This document shows positions 1-13,326 of a stretch of DNA of 62,777 nt, piece by piece (the stretch's first letter is position 1; every line of letters begins with the position of its first letter). Below the pieces are notes generated by a model. That model saw nothing but the letters and a program-made list of their open reading frames with translations, had not been told where the DNA came from and ran no database searches. The DNA is from Girardia tigrina (taxonomy: Eukaryota), in the NCBI GenBank assembly GCA_001938485.1, contig MQRK01230168.1, forward strand, positions 1 through 62,777, read 5' to 3'. Position numbers and translations under genes: made by a program.

Positions 1-287
1 CTAAAAAACGTGGGGCGCTAATATCAATTGTCTAACTTTCAATACATGATAATATTGTTAACCGGAAAATAAGTCAGAACAATAAAAGGACCTAATTGCT
101 GTTTGATGCAGCGATTCACGTAGTACCTAATGAAATTAAAAAAATTCCTCCCCAAAAAACTTTCATGAAAAAAATAGATTTCCAATAAGTTTACAAAACT
201 AAATCTGTCAATAAAAGAATAAAAAAAATGAATAAAGTTTCAAATCAGGTAAAATTATGAAGTTAAATTGCGCCCCACGTTTTTTAG
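1..287. mobile_element. MITE-like element with terminal inverted repeats (left end may be cut by the window edge)
   Basis: CTAAAAAACGTGGGGCGC at 1-18 is the exact reverse complement of 270-287; non-coding interior. Confidence 0.6.
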
Positions 288-619
288 TCATACAACATTC
301 NNNNNAATTTTAGTTGTGCATATTTGAAATGTCTACATGGCCAGAATGGCCACCTGTGAATGAGGTCAGAAAAAAATTATTTTCCTCTTTTTAGTCCATA
401 TGAAAACGTGGTTTTTAAAACTTTTTTATTTATTATTATTTTTTATTAAATAAAGTAATTTCCCTTTAATAATTTCAAAAACAAATGTTGATTAGAATTA
501 GTAGTTGATTAGTAAACACATTTATCTTTTGAATGAAAAGTGAATAATTGTTGGAATCAGATGTATTGAAAGACGTGTAAAATAAAAGCACTGTTTAGAT
601 AAAAAAAATAAATAAACAA

Positions 620-1991
620 CAAAAATAAAAGGACATAACTTCCCACCACATAAAATCAAGACCCTAATCTATCACACAAAAACGACGTCCCATCGAACAC
701 ACAGACAATGACCAACAATCTCTTGACTCCGAACTCTTTGTATAAGAATCCCAAAATCTGATTCTTTCTCCGTTACAAAAAAAGGAAATATGTAAAAAAG
801 AAATTGTGTCTCTGTGGTTATTATAATAGTCATGATGGAAATTCTTCCAAAAACGTTTTCCTAAAGATGTCAAAGATATTATAAATGAGTGGAACTTAGA
901 ATTAAGCCTAAGAGAATTTTAAAAATTTTGCATGAGCGAGGAATTGAAAAGAAAAAAAATCCATCAATAATTCAATTAAGGAATTATCTAACAAAATTGA
1001 AAAAGGAAAAATAGAGTATAAAGGAAGAATAGAGTATATTTATCAGTAATTGATTGTGGACCCGGTCGATTTTCTATTTGGAGAGAAGTACAAACTGAAG
1101 GAGCCGACGACGTAATAAAAATTCTCGATGAATTATTTATGGAGCGTGGAGCTCCCCCAGAAATCCTTGTTGACAATATAGGAGCTTTTACAGGTGACAA
1201 ATTCAAACACTTGTGTATTAAATGGAGTGTTAAGATAGATTATCGATGTGCGCATAGACCAAGTACGAATGGTATTGTAGAGCGCTGTCACCGTACGATA
1301 AAAAGAATAGCGGAGAGATCAAATATTGCTGTGTATTGGTATAATATAGGTCATAAAAGAAGAAAAGATGGAATTAAATCGCCAAGTGATATATTATTTA
1401 ACTAAAATTGGAGGATAATGGGTGTAAAAATAAACGTGGAACCGATGAGTGAGGACTATAGAATGTTTAAAGTAGGAGAGAAAGTGTATGTGAAGCCGAG
1501 TGAACATGTTCGATGTACAAGTCAATGGGGTCGGGGTATAAATTATACCCCGTATAATTACACCGTATAATCACAGCAAAAATTAGTCATAACAAATACG
1601 AAGTAGACGGAGTTCCGAGACATATTCAGGATATCAGAAAACGATCTGACGCTCAGAATAATCCTGAAAACAAGTTTATTGATGTTTTAGAAAGCAGTGA
1701 AGACGAGAGCGAGGCAGTTGATGAGGAGTCGAGTGTTGAAGAGATCATGGACCAAACAAATCATGATGAGCAACACAGAAGCGACTGAGAGAGAAGAGAA
1801 TCATCGTGGCACAGAGATTACGAAATGGATACCTGATCTTTGGTGGGGATGTAATAATGTTGTTAAATATTCGAAATTAAATTTGTTTAAATACGTGATA
1901 AAAAGCGTAAAAAACAGAATTTGATTTTTTGTGTTGTACTTAAATAAACTTTGTTGTTGTTTAGTGGTGTTCTTTTTCTGGTAAAACTACA
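620..1991 (+). mobile_element. Decayed Ty3/gypsy retrotransposon 3' part: integrase remnant, PPT and short 3' LTR (1850-1991)
   Basis: Integrase motifs YLSVIDCG, GAPPEILVDNIGAF, PSTNGIVERCHRTIK; purine-rich tract GGTGGGGA at 1842-1849 followed by TGTA...TACA (142 bp). Confidence 0.8.
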
Positions 1992-2030
1992 CTTATTATC
2001 TGAAAATATGTAATGTTTAAATTTATATCT

Positions 2031-4690
2031 TGTGAGTAATATTTGATATGTGGATGTTTTTGTGTAGTGTTTGCATGTTTAAATATTGTATGTTGATTTT
2101 GGATTGTGCCTCTCCTAACCAGATGGATTATCAATATTTAATTTAATAGTTTAATAATCTGAAACTAATTTATTTAAATTTAGATTTAATATTCAAATTT
2201 TTAATTTTTATTATTGCAACTTTTAAATAAGTTTATTGATTTTATTTTTGTAAATTTTCAAATAATTAAAATCAAATTAATGTTTAAAAATGACTTTAAA
2301 AATATTTTATTTCAGTCAATAAAATTTAAATTAAATATTTTTAAATAAAATAATCTCAAGTATAGTTCAGATTATAATGGGAGATATTGAAAATTGATTG
2401 ATGGATCTAAGTAAAAGCAATACTATTGATCATCATAAAGATGATAATAAATGTGAATGTAATAAATGTTCTGTCAAATGTGTGAGTTCTCTTAACATGG
2501 CGACCACGCCAGATTACGCAAAATACTCAAAAGTATTGGAGGGTTTGTGTGGTAAGAATAAAGACAAGAAAATAATATGGACTGAAGAATGCGAGGAAGC
2601 TTTTCGAAAATTGAAAGAATAAATGATTGACACCCCGATACTGGCGTATCCTGATTTTGAGGAGTTTATACTGGATACAGATGCAAGCTTCGATACAATC
2701 GGGGCAGTATTATCACAAAAGGACATGTATGGTAGAGAGAGAGAGTGATCGCGTATGGATCACATAAAATGAACAGCAAAAAAATGATATCGTGTTACAA
2801 GAAAAGAGTTGCTGGCAATTTATTATTTTACGCAAAATTTTAAACACTTCTTATACGGTAAAAGATTTTTACTAAGAACTGATCATAAAGGTATAACCTT
2901 CATGCTGAATACAAAAAACCCAATCACACCGCAATTTCAAACTTGGATAAATTTTCTTAGCAGTCTGGATATGAGAATGGAATATCGGAAAGAAAGAAAA
3001 CACTCAAATGCAGATGCAATGTCGAGAAATTCTTGTGAATTATGTAGTCAGTGTCAAACAATGCACGAAGAAGCTAAGAAAGGAAAGATCAAAACATGAA
3101 TCTTGGCTTTAGACGAAGAATCAAAAGAGTTCAAATGGCAGAAAGATAATGACGAAATAAATCAGATCAGAGAAGATATTAGAATGGTAAGAACAAAGAA
3201 ATGGATACTGAAAGACAATATTGTGACAACAAGAGATAACAAATATTGGATTCCGAGAACCACAAGTACAGAATTCGTGGAAGAGGCTCACAAGACTCTG
3301 TGCCATGCTAGTAGTAAAAAGGTTTACAACTATTTGAAAGATGATTTTGATATGGTTAATATGAGAGAGATAATTAAGGAAATTGTAAAATGTTGCATAA
3401 ACTGTCAAAAAAGAAAGACTTTAACCACAAAAACGAAAGAAAGTTTTATTAAACAATTTGCTGATGAACCATTTCAAAAGCTGTATATGGATTTTTGCGA
3501 ACCATTTAAAAGGACTTTAAATGGATATCAATATATATTAGCTATAATTGATCAATTTAGCAGGTATATGCTGTAATTCATTAAGATGAGAAAACTACTC
3601 GAAAGGTACTTCTGGACAGATGGATTTGGAAATTCGGATCACCAAAAGAGATCCATGTGAATAGAGGTAAGGCATTCGAATCGACACTCTTCAAAGACAC
3701 ACTAAAGAGATTTAAAGCAGAAATAATTTACTCCAGTCCTTATCATCACAATACCCATGACATCATTGAAGGACAATTTAGAACGATTAGATATGCTATG
3801 AACATAAGGATTAAAGATCAAGCCCACAAAGATTGGACGGAAATTTTGCCAGAAGTAGAATTTATGATAAACAGCACAATTCAAGCTACCACAGGAATCT
3901 CACCAGCAGAAATGATATTTGGTAGGAAGCTTAGACATTGGTGGAAAGATACTAAGAAACAGAGTTGTATACTAAAAATGGATACTAAAACAGAGTTAAG
4001 AAAGAAAAGAGCGAAAATACAATAGAGACAAAACGAATATTTCATACAGGGGATAAAGTGTTGATAAAAAAAGAAAATGCTACAAAGGAAGAAGATCGAT
4101 ATATGGATCCAGCCACAGTAAAAAGCAGAAGACATGAAAGAAGTTATGAATTGGAGCTAGAAGATGGTAGAATTTTGATCAGAAATGTGGAATGGATAAA
4201 GCCATTTAAATCGAGGGGGATGTGAGGAATATTTGGTGTNNNNNNNNTTTTTGTGTAGTGTTTGCATGTTTAAATGTTGTATGTTGATTTGGGATTGTGC
4301 CTCTCCTAACCAGATGGATTATCAATATTTAATTTAATAATTTAATAATCTGAAACTAATTTATTTAAATTTAGGTTTAATATTTAAATTTTTAATTTTT
4401 ATTATTGCAAATTTTTAAATAAGTTTATTGATTTTATTTTTGTAAATTTTCAAATAATTAAAATCAAATTAATGTTTAAAATGACTTTAAAAATATTTTA
4501 TTTCAGTCAATAAAATTTAAATTAAATATTTTTAAATAAAATAATCATCTGAAGTTAGTTCAGATTATAATGGGAGATATTGAAAATTGATAGATGGATC
4601 TAAGTAAAAGCAATACTATTGATCATCAAAAAGATGATAATAAATGTGAATGTAATAAATGTTCTGTCAAATGTGTGAGTTCTATTAACA
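2031..4690 (+). mobile_element. Internally deleted Ty3/gypsy LTR retrotransposon with both LTRs (2031-2497, 4221-4690)
   Basis: Near-identical TG...CA LTRs; PBS TGGCGACCAC at 2498; PPT GAGGGGGA at 4213-4220; 5-bp TSD TATCT/TTTCT; pol remnants WTEECEEAF, DTDAS, LRTDHKGIT, zinc finger H..C..C, IIDQFSRY. Confidence 0.92.
2513..4225 (+). pseudogene. Disrupted pol fragment (RT C-terminus, RNase H, integrase)
   Basis: ORF pieces 2398-2622, 2809-3099, 3103-3576 and 3657-4025 carry gypsy RNase H and integrase motifs, broken by stops and frameshifts. Confidence 0.88.
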
Positions 4691-6517
4691 TTTCTAATTT
4701 TAAATAATTGTAAAATTTTAAATAAGTTAAATAATTTTATTTACAATTTTTAAATAAATAAATTGAATTAATATTTTTAAATAATTAGTAATCATTTTAA
4801 TTTTTACCAATAAAATTTTGAATAAATATTTTAACAATTTATGTAATTCTCCAATTACTCCGATAATAAGATTAAAGTCATTAATCAATTAGTTAGAATG
4901 CAATCGTACGAAAGCTTTGACAAAGATTGTCCTGATGGCAATCAAATTTGTTAATAAAAATATTAAATAAATGTTAATAAAAATATTAAAATTCAATTTT
5001 GTGTTCTTAAAACATATAATCAAAACATATAAAAATATAATGAAACACAAGGTCTTCAAAATAATCCAACAGTCATAATAATAATTTGTTAATATGGCAA
5101 AATATTGATCGTTGTTGTCAATCGTTTAAAATAAACTCTTTATTGTTTTAGTTGTATAAACAATGTAATATTTTTTTAACTTTTTTTAGAAAGAATATAG
5201 ACAAATAAAAAATAAAGAAAAGTAAAACAAAAGAGTACAATTATAAAATATAATATAAAAGATATATATATACATAAAGAGAAGACGTTCTTCTAAGATA
5301 ATGCATCTGGTGACTTTCTTATCCACATAATTTTGTAAAAATGTTTGTAGATTTAATAAATAAATAAATGAGTAAATAAAGCCGTCAACTTCCAAAATAA
5401 ATATATTTTATTTAAAGAAAATTAAGTTTCTTCATACAACACTTTTGCAATTTTCGGTGCCACACCCATTTTATTTAGATCTAAAAATAGGTTAGAAAAA
5501 AATAAAAAATGTATTACGTTTCTTAAATGTCTCTTTATGTATGTTTTTAATTTTTACAAAATTCTCTTTCTCTAAACATAACAAAATCTTTTTTTCTCGC
5601 GATAACTGATTTATTCTTTGCTCAGTATCCATTTAATTTTTACAAACTTTTCTTTCTAATTAAAAGTAACAAAATCTTATACATCTTTTTTGATGTCTCG
5701 AGATAATTGTTTAGAACTATGAGGGGTTAATTTAAATTTGCATCTAACCAGAATAATTTATTTTTTTTTTAATTTAAAAGGTAAAGTATTTTAATGTTAA
5801 TATGCTTATTAAATATTTTAAAATTAAAAATGATATAATAAAACAACTATTAAAAAATCAAATACGTATTTAAAAATAAAAAAATATTTTTTAATGTATC
5901 TATTAAATATCTTAAAGTTAAAAATGGTAAGAAAACCATTTTAATATTAAATATTTATTTATAAATAAAAATATTTTTACATTCATAACAATTTATATAT
6001 TTTGATAGAAGTTATGAAACAATTTTAAATAAATTTTAAAATAAATTTTTAGTTTTAATGGAAAAATTATTTAATAAATTTGCAAGATTTTAAAAATTGA
6101 ATCGAAAAGAATTTAATAGATTAATTTGTGGTGAGATAATTAAATTAACAGAAAAATTTGTTTAAATATGTGAATTGTTGTTAGATTAATAAATTTTGGT
6201 GTTAAAAAAATGAATCCTGATATTGAGGTTGCAACCACTTCTCACAAGAATGTTTACTATGAAACTGTAAATGATAATTTTTTTTGACAAAGTAACCAAA
6301 AAAATAAAGTAATTTTAAAAACACTTCTCATACTTGATTATTTTGAGTATTTGTTCTTAAAAGCATTAAATTATTTTAAATTATTCTAATGCATAAATTT
6401 GATTTTTTTATTATTATTATTCATAAAAAATACATTATTCATGAACATTATAACAGTAATTTGAAAACTCTTATCCATCTAAAACTCTTATCCTCAGTAT
6501 ACATAACATTTATTTAA

Positions 6518-6746
6518 CCCTTTGAATATCGAAATGTTTTTTACTCATATTAAATAAAAAAATTAAAAATAATGTAAAACTGATAATAAGTATTGACAAT
6601 TCATCAGGTAGTATGTGTAGATTGCGTCCATGATTACATCCACTATATACAACTTGGATGTAAATAACCGATTTCACATACTAATTTATCTCTCTGGAAT
6701 TTTTTGAAATCGCTTGGGACGTATTGTCCCAATGGTGGTCAAAGGG
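6518..6746. mobile_element. piggyBac-type MITE
   Basis: TTAA on both sides; TIR CCCTTTGA/TCAAAGGG. Confidence 0.75.
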
Positions 6747-7299
6747 TTAAGAGGGTATGTATGAATATATATTGTATAACTATGTATTATCTACGAACTA
6801 ATATAAATACAGCTTATTATAAAAGACCATGACTGGAGTCTGTTATTTTTGAGACTGTTTTTCTCTAAACGGCTTCTCTTTTAAGAAGAACGTCTTTTCT
6901 CGATTGGTAGTTATGAACTGATAATAAATTTCATTTCTGGTTTTAATTCCAATATATTTAATCTCTTAATATAGTATATATATATATCTATATCGTAAAC
7001 ATTTTTGTAAAATAATGCATCTTAATTTTTATTAAAATTGTTTCGCGATCCATACTACGTAGCTAGTTAGAAAATTGCATTTTTTTGCTTTTCATATAAT
7101 TGGTTGCAATTATATTAAACGAAGATGATGACGAGAACAGAGAAGAAATTGATTTACCTTTTTTATTCGATTAGGATTCTGTGTTTGAAATTTTGTTCAT
7201 AGATTATCTCGTCGATTAATTCGACCATCAACATGTATTTCATCTATTTATATACTTTAGTCATAGATGAAAATAAGATAATTAATTACCATACTAATT

Positions 7300-8434
7300 T
7301 AAACTGTATTTACACAATTTACAATTTTTTATAAAACATACATTACAATTTTGGACTAAAAAAGCTATATCAGTATATTTTGCCATGAACCTTCAACTTT
7401 TTTAAGTTGTGGAAAATCGCGGTTTTTGACTTGTATTATCAGTTGCAGCACCACAATACCAGCCTCTCTCTCGAAGGTACTTTTTAGAAAATGCAATCGA
7501 AGTTCTTTACAATGAAATGGAAGCAAATATTTCAGAATGTCTCAGAGAAGTAGACAAAGCTTCTTTAACAGTGGATAAGTGGACTTCCCAGTATTCAAAA
7601 AAAGCATATATAAGCCTTACTGCTCACTGGACAACGTCTCAATTTGTACGTAAACATTTTTATTTCTGCATTTTCAACCTTATGATTATCAACCTTACTG
7701 CTAAGGAAATGGGAAATACCTTTAATGGTATGATAATCAAATGGAATTTGGTGGATAGAGTCCACACTGTCCTTCATGATAATGGTCACAATATTGTTAA
7801 CCAAATTGAAGATCTCCAGTTTCCACACGTTTTTTGCATCGTACACACACTACAATTGGTTATTTGAGATGGCTTATTAGATATAAGGTGAAGGAGCACA
7901 CAATGAAGTTTAAATAATAGTCTCGTCTTCACCAACTTCAAAACGACAAAGAGTTGGGGCAATCCATGAGAAATCATCGATGAATTTATGATATCCAAAA
8001 CAAAAATCAGTTCTTAGTTCGATGAGGAACTTAAGAATTATTTCTCGGAACGCCTATTTCTCGCGATAACAATCCATTGCACTGATGAAAGATCAACCAG
8101 ACAAGGTTTCCATGTCTGTCATGCTTCGCCTCCAACAAGTATTCACTCTGAACTGAATTTAGTACTGCTGGTGATGTACTCATTGATCATCGTTCCGTTT
8201 TCTGCCAGAACGTGCAGAGTGCATTATTTATTGAAAACAAATATGTCTCTCTTCGAAAATTTTACATAATAATCATTTAAAAAAATATTTCAATGCTTTT
8301 ATAATGAAAAAAAAGGTTTAAATGAATAAATAAATCTCCGGCTAAAACCGGATGATTTTGGCCGGAGTCGGATAGTAAAATATTGCCAAAATCTGGCTCC
8401 GGCCGGAGATGGGCCGGAATGCGATGCACCCCTA
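7300..8434 (+). mobile_element. hAT transposon remnant (3' part with right end)
   Basis: SLTVDKWTS, YISLTAHW, DNGHNI, CIVHTLQLVI; hATC dimerisation remnant PPTSIHSE..FSTAG; CCGG-rich subterminal repeats ending GATGCACCCCTA. Confidence 0.85.
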
Positions 8435-9235
8435 ATTATTATATATCTTATTTTTATTCATAAGAGCCGAAACAGTAAGAAATAACATTAAAATATTTAT
8501 AAAAAATATTATTCATTAGATAAGGTATTTGATTGGAATTATCTGTGGAAAGGAGGATATTTGAAATATAAATAACAATAAAGAAACATAAATATATAAT
8601 TAAAATTCTGAAACAAATATCGATCAATATTTATTAATAGTAAAATAACTTATTATATTTTATTTTTTATATTTACATTTTTTAGAACCACAAATAAACG
8701 GCGATACAAATTTGATAATTTTGTAAAAATTATGAATTAATAGAGGAAATATTAAAAAAAAGATGGTAAATATAATTTTAAATGGTTATTATTCGTTAAA
8801 AGTCAACTAAAATAAAGTAAAATAACCAAAATCCTTTCGAAGTAAATAATTTCTTCATCTTTTTTTAAATGTGTAATAAAATATCTTTTCAAAGTCACAT
8901 TAAAGAAACATTAATTTTTCATTTCCAATAATTTTAGTACACTTTAAGTACAAATTTAAAAAAAAATAATAAAGAAAATTAAATAAATTATATTTAAAAA
9001 ATAACACTAAATCAATCAATAAATTAATTATTTTTTTTAATTTTTAACAAAACAAATTTATTTGAGTTTGCATTAAGTTTCTGAAAAAATATTTACTATC
9101 CTTCGACTGATGACAGTTTTCAAAACAAATAAATATAATTTACTGCATTTGATTTATATTTAATAAAAAATTTGTTTCTATTTTTTTTCAAAAAAAGGAA
9201 GAAAATTTTAATTTTGATCAAGTTACACTCTGTTC

Positions 9236-9395
9236 TTATGGGAAAATATGATTTAAGATCATTTTTCTCTTCCTCAACAGGAAAATTCTGTAGAACATCC
9301 TTCTTTTGACGACATGTCCCAGCTGCCAGGCCCAATAGGAATCGAGATGCGAGTCTTCTAGACCTCGACACATAAAAGCCGATTCCCAATATTTA
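9236..9395 (-). CDS. FAM227/FWWh-like gene, last predicted coding exon (KYWESAF...YWAWQLGHVVKRRMFYRIF...NHIFP*)
   Basis: CAG acceptor; 160 nt; phase-2 start fits the 20-nt upstream exon; W..G matches the FAM227 'LWxSG' motif as recalled. Confidence 0.6.
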
Positions 9396-9562
9396 CTGAG
9401 TATTTAGAAAGCAAATATTACTATTCATATTTATAAATAAATATAAATATATTATTATTTTTTATAAATATCTTTAAAATTATTATTGCCATATCAAATT
9501 TATTGTTTTAAATCAAATTACAACATTTATTGAAAATATGCAAACCAATAATAAGTGAGTAG

Positions 9563-9565
<3 letters not shown>

Positions 9566-9605
<40 letters not shown>

Positions 9606-9606
9606 T
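9566..9606. repeat. (ATT)n microsatellite
   Basis: Seen directly. Confidence 0.95.
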
Positions 9607-9985
9607 TGATTAATTTAAAACATTATTATTAAATGAATTTTTTTGACAAAATAGTTAGCATTTGAAAAAAAAATTATTAAAAAATTTTACTGATGATTTT
9701 AAATATTAATTAAAAATCAATTTTAAAAATTTGAAAAAATATTGAACAAAAGAATAAAATTTATTAAATATTTTAAGAATTTCCATAAAAATGATTAATA
9801 TTTTTAATTAAGTATCTATTTATTGAATCAAAGGTTACTGTAATCAAATTGAAAAGTTTTATAACTTATCTGATTTTTTTCTTGGAAGGGTCATATAATT
9901 TCCTGATATGCAATCATATAGGATTGAGTCAACGCAACAAGTTTTTTTATTAATTTTTCCATTAAACAATCAAGGAATATAATAC

Positions 9986-10005
9986 CTTAGGATCTTAGTT
10001 TTTGT
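9986..10005 (-). CDS. FAM227-like gene, 20-nt micro-exon (TKTKILS)
   Basis: TTTCTTTAG acceptor, AG|GTATTA donor; phase 0->2 bridges the neighbouring exons exactly. Confidence 0.5.
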
Positions 10006-10085
10006 CTAAAGAAATTTTTTAGAGAAGAATGAAAAAGCTTTTCAAAATGATGAAGAATTAACGTGTCTAACATTACTTACATATA

Positions 10086-11222
10086 CGTGGTGCGTTCATT
10101 AAGTACCCGACCTAAGGTAAAAAAATGTTGTTTGATTTAATCAAACGAATTAAAATGTTTACTACGACATTTTGAATTTTCATTTGTAAGATGATTTAAG
10201 ATGTCAAATATCGCAGCGTTATCAAGTTCTTTGTGTTATAGAAGAAGTGCAGTGAAACTACAATCTTTTACAGTCAACTTACCTATAAGACTCCAAATCT
10301 CTGGCAACTTTTAAATATTGGGTCATGGAATTAAAAGGTGGTCGCATCTCCGTTTTTGATCAAGAAAAATCAAGTCGACCACAATAAAGTTTTGACACAT
10401 TTGATGAAAAATTGGAGAATATGGACCAAGAAGAGAATCAAATTATTATGAAAATGCAGCTCAATATCAGTGTTGGTACAGCCTACTACAAATTAAAATC
10501 TATGGCTATCAGAAAACTGTGATCCAAATTCGTACCCCGCTTCTTGACTGATGAAATGATGCGAAGCCGATTGGAGTGCAGTCAGAGCAACTTAAACCTG
10601 TGGAACCAGCAGAATGAGACTTTCCTAAAAGATTTAACTACGGAGGAAAAAACCACATTCAGTATTTATTTGCCGGAAACAAAAAGTGAGTCAGCAGTGT
10701 AGAAGCGAAAGGGGACAAGTGATGGATGACTGATGATGTTTTCCATTTTCTTGGATCATAAAAGTGTTATTCCCAAGGCATCACCATCAATACTGCTTAT
10801 TACAGCCATCATGTGAGCACCGTCAGAAAGAAAAGATGAAAGCAGAACAATATTCCACCAGAGTTTCTTCAGATAATGCGCCAGTGCACTCAGCTAGTAT
10901 TTGATTATCCGCAATACAGCCAAGATTTAGCACCGAAAGTTCTTCACCTCTTCAAGCACCTAAAAAAGCATTTTAGAGGCATTCAGTTTAGATCCAAAGA
11001 AAATTTGAAGGTTTCCGGGGAGGATTTCTTTGTCACATGCCCCACAAAATTTCACAAAATGGCATTTTCTGAGTTGATTATCCATTGGCGGAAGTGAGGG
11101 GAGTAAAATAGATATTATGTTGAAAAATGATGCCTACATACATAAGTTTGTTATGATATAAAAATGGCCCTTTTTGGAATTCGTTTTCTTTGCCAGGCAT
11201 GGTAATTATTGAACGCACAAAA
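10086..11222 (+). mobile_element. Decayed mariner transposon
   Basis: Degenerate TIRs GTGCGTTCATTAAGTAC / GTAATTATTGAACGCAC; FVPRFL, YSQDLAP..HLFKHLK remnants. Confidence 0.85.
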
Positions 11223-11549
11223 TATGCTATTTTACTTTGATTTTCACTCTGGATTAATTATTACTAAAAGATGTATTAAGTATAGATTTTTAATTTTATA
11301 CTTGAAATTAATTAATTAATTTGGGGTCTTCTTTTATTTTTTTATTTTTACATAATTGTTCTAAAGGGTCTTCTAGTAATAAAAAACTGATGAAAGTCGA
11401 TAAAACATCTAAAGTTTAATGAAGAAATCAAAATGTACATATTGATATGAATTTATATTCATTTTTGTATCAAAAAATAATAAAATATTTTCATAAAGTA
11501 TAACATTTTGTCAAACGATAAACAAGTGGTTAACAGAAGCAAAATATAC

Positions 11550-11627
11550 CTGGCAAAATTCGAAAAAGGTCTTAGAAAGATAATAATAATAAAATTGTTG
11601 AAGAGGATCCTTATTATTTACTGTTTT
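11550..11627 (-). CDS. FAM227-like gene exon (KTVNNKDPLQQFYYYYLSKTFFEFCQ)
   Basis: Strong polypyrimidine/CAG acceptor, CAG|GTAT donor; 78 nt open, phase 0-0; KD..Q.Y...L pattern of the FWWh domain. Confidence 0.68.
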
Positions 11628-11949
11628 CTGAAATGGTGAAGAAAATAAAACCTTTTTAAGAATACTTGTTTAAAAAGTTTGCTCTAAAATCAGATAATTT
11701 GTGTTGTTCATTTAAGTAGGTGCTTTCTTTTCTGTTATTTTTTATATTTGATGAATTGCAATTTGTACCTTTCCTTTTCGAATACGGATGTTAAGATTGA
11801 AATCCAAAAAAATCAAATTTGATCTCAGAAATAATGTTAAATTTGTAAATGATGTTCTCAAATTGTTTCAGGATTTTCAATTCTTTTCTTTTTTTTCTAT
11901 AAAACAAATATATTTTTTTTCTTAAACTATATTTCATTTCTATTATTAC

Positions 11950-12061
11950 TGAGAAATTTAAAAAACGATGATAATTTGAAATCATTAAAAATATCGAATG
12001 CGATTTTTCAAAATTTAATCTAGTAAATAATTTCGGTGGATTACTCAATGCTATCTTCAGA
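11950..12061 (-). CDS. FAM227-like gene exon (LKIALSNPPKLFTRLNFEKSHSIFLMISNYHRFLNFS)
   Basis: TTTAG acceptor, GTAATA donor; 112 nt, phase 2->0; lies inside ORF 11791-12048. Confidence 0.65.
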
Positions 12062-12090
12062 CTAAATTAACATTTTTTGAAGCTTTTATG

Positions 12091-12501
12091 TGATTGTGAT
12101 CTGGCCAGTCACTTCTGTCAGTTTCAATCCGGGCCACTCAACTGTTGGGGGTCCTATTGGCCGAGAAACCCGATCAGACATCGCGTCGACGTTGGAAAAT
12201 CACTCTGTTCCTACGGTCGTTTCGCAAGCAATGGGCCACCCCATAATGTGACAATTGCTGTGAGTAAGGCGTCCTCGTTCGATCACGGCGCCTTCTGGTG
12301 CCCGTATGGACTCCGACATCCTCTCCCGGTCAATGGAGTCCATAGTTCTGAATAGTGGTAATATCTTCTAATCCAGTAGATACTGTGACTAAGTCTGTTA
12401 TTTTCGTAGTTTGTTAATCAACTTTCACTTTGACCGTAAATGATACGAGACAATTAAAATAATACGAATTGATAAAGTTTATTGAAACATCATTGAATAC
12501 A
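12091..12501. mobile_element. GC-rich solo-LTR-like insertion
   Basis: TG...CA termini, exact 5-bp flanking duplication TTATG, abrupt GC rise. Confidence 0.55.
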
Positions 12502-13326
12502 TTATGCATTTTTGATACAAATTTAAAATTTTTTAATTCAATGTTTTTCTTTGAAATTCACAGTAAATTTACGTATTAGAATTTTTTTACAAAAATTTGT
12601 AGTAAAATTATCAAGAGTACCACAGTGATGATAACTGTTGATTCTATAATTTAGATTCTTTTAGAAAATGTTTAACACAGAGCTTGAGTGTGAAGCTCGA
12701 ATATCAATTGATCTTATCAATAAGGCCTCAGACGTTACTCTATACATGTTAAGTTACTGTGTAACAGTGTGGCGTTTATATTCAATTGATTTATTAATCA
12801 CTGTACTCACGTTTTAAGTACACAACGTATGTCATGAAAGTGAAGGAAACAATAGATTTTCGAAATTCAAATTTAAACGAATTGGTAATTCTTAGTAACA
12901 TCACAATTTGCGAGAAAATATTTATTAACAACACAAACAGACTCCTTTTTTACAACAATTTTCAGTAACGCCATCTTTAGTAAGAATCTTTCTTGATTGA
13001 TAAAAAATGGTCGAGATAATTTANNNNNNNNNNNNNNNNNNNNNNNNNNNNNNNNNNNNNNNNNNNNNNTTTAATAAATTAAATAAAGTAATTAATTGGA
13101 AATTTTAGTAAAGTTAAAAATTTAAGAAAAATCAATTTAAATTTAATAATAAAAAATTAAAATTCTTAAGTGTGAATGATTCCAAGAAAAACACAATTTT
13201 TTGGTATGATGAAAAATAAATGTAAATATATATATAGATGAATTAATGTTAAAAGTTTGTTTTAAAGAGTTTGAAAAATAGCGGAATCACCGCTCAGAAA
13301 TTTAAAATTATTATTGATTAATTAGA

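Larger units (their letters stand above)
1992..5014 (+). mobile_element. Older LTR acting as insertion target (pieces 1992-2030 and 4696-5014)
   Basis: The rejoined pieces are colinear with the reverse complement of the solo LTR at 56636-58020; ends GTGTTCTTAAAACA. Confidence 0.75.

Noticed and set aside
5186-5710. Minus-strand coding-like pieces as a C-terminal continuation of the FAM227-like gene
   Set aside because: Frames do not join, and the upstream exon already ends in a stop
9281-9361. Plus-strand terminal exon ENSVEHPSFDDMSQLPGPIGIEMRVF* with a good acceptor
   Set aside because: No convincing upstream exon chain; the antisense frame fits a six-exon gene
11385-11420. CTGATGA hammerhead-like start (also ~49825-49855 on -)
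   Set aside because: No complete stem II and core; at most decayed relics
11769-11896. Extra minus-strand exon
   Set aside because: It needs homopolymer corrections to stay open, whereas skipping it keeps the frame; it could still be an alternative terminating exon
9236-12061. Mab-21/cGAS-like receptor reading of the spliced peptide (RLNF, YYLSKTFFEFC, NHIFP)
   Set aside because: No nucleotidyltransferase GS/ExD motifs were found upstream, and the gapless FAM227 alignment explains more residues; worth rechecking only if HHpred disagrees
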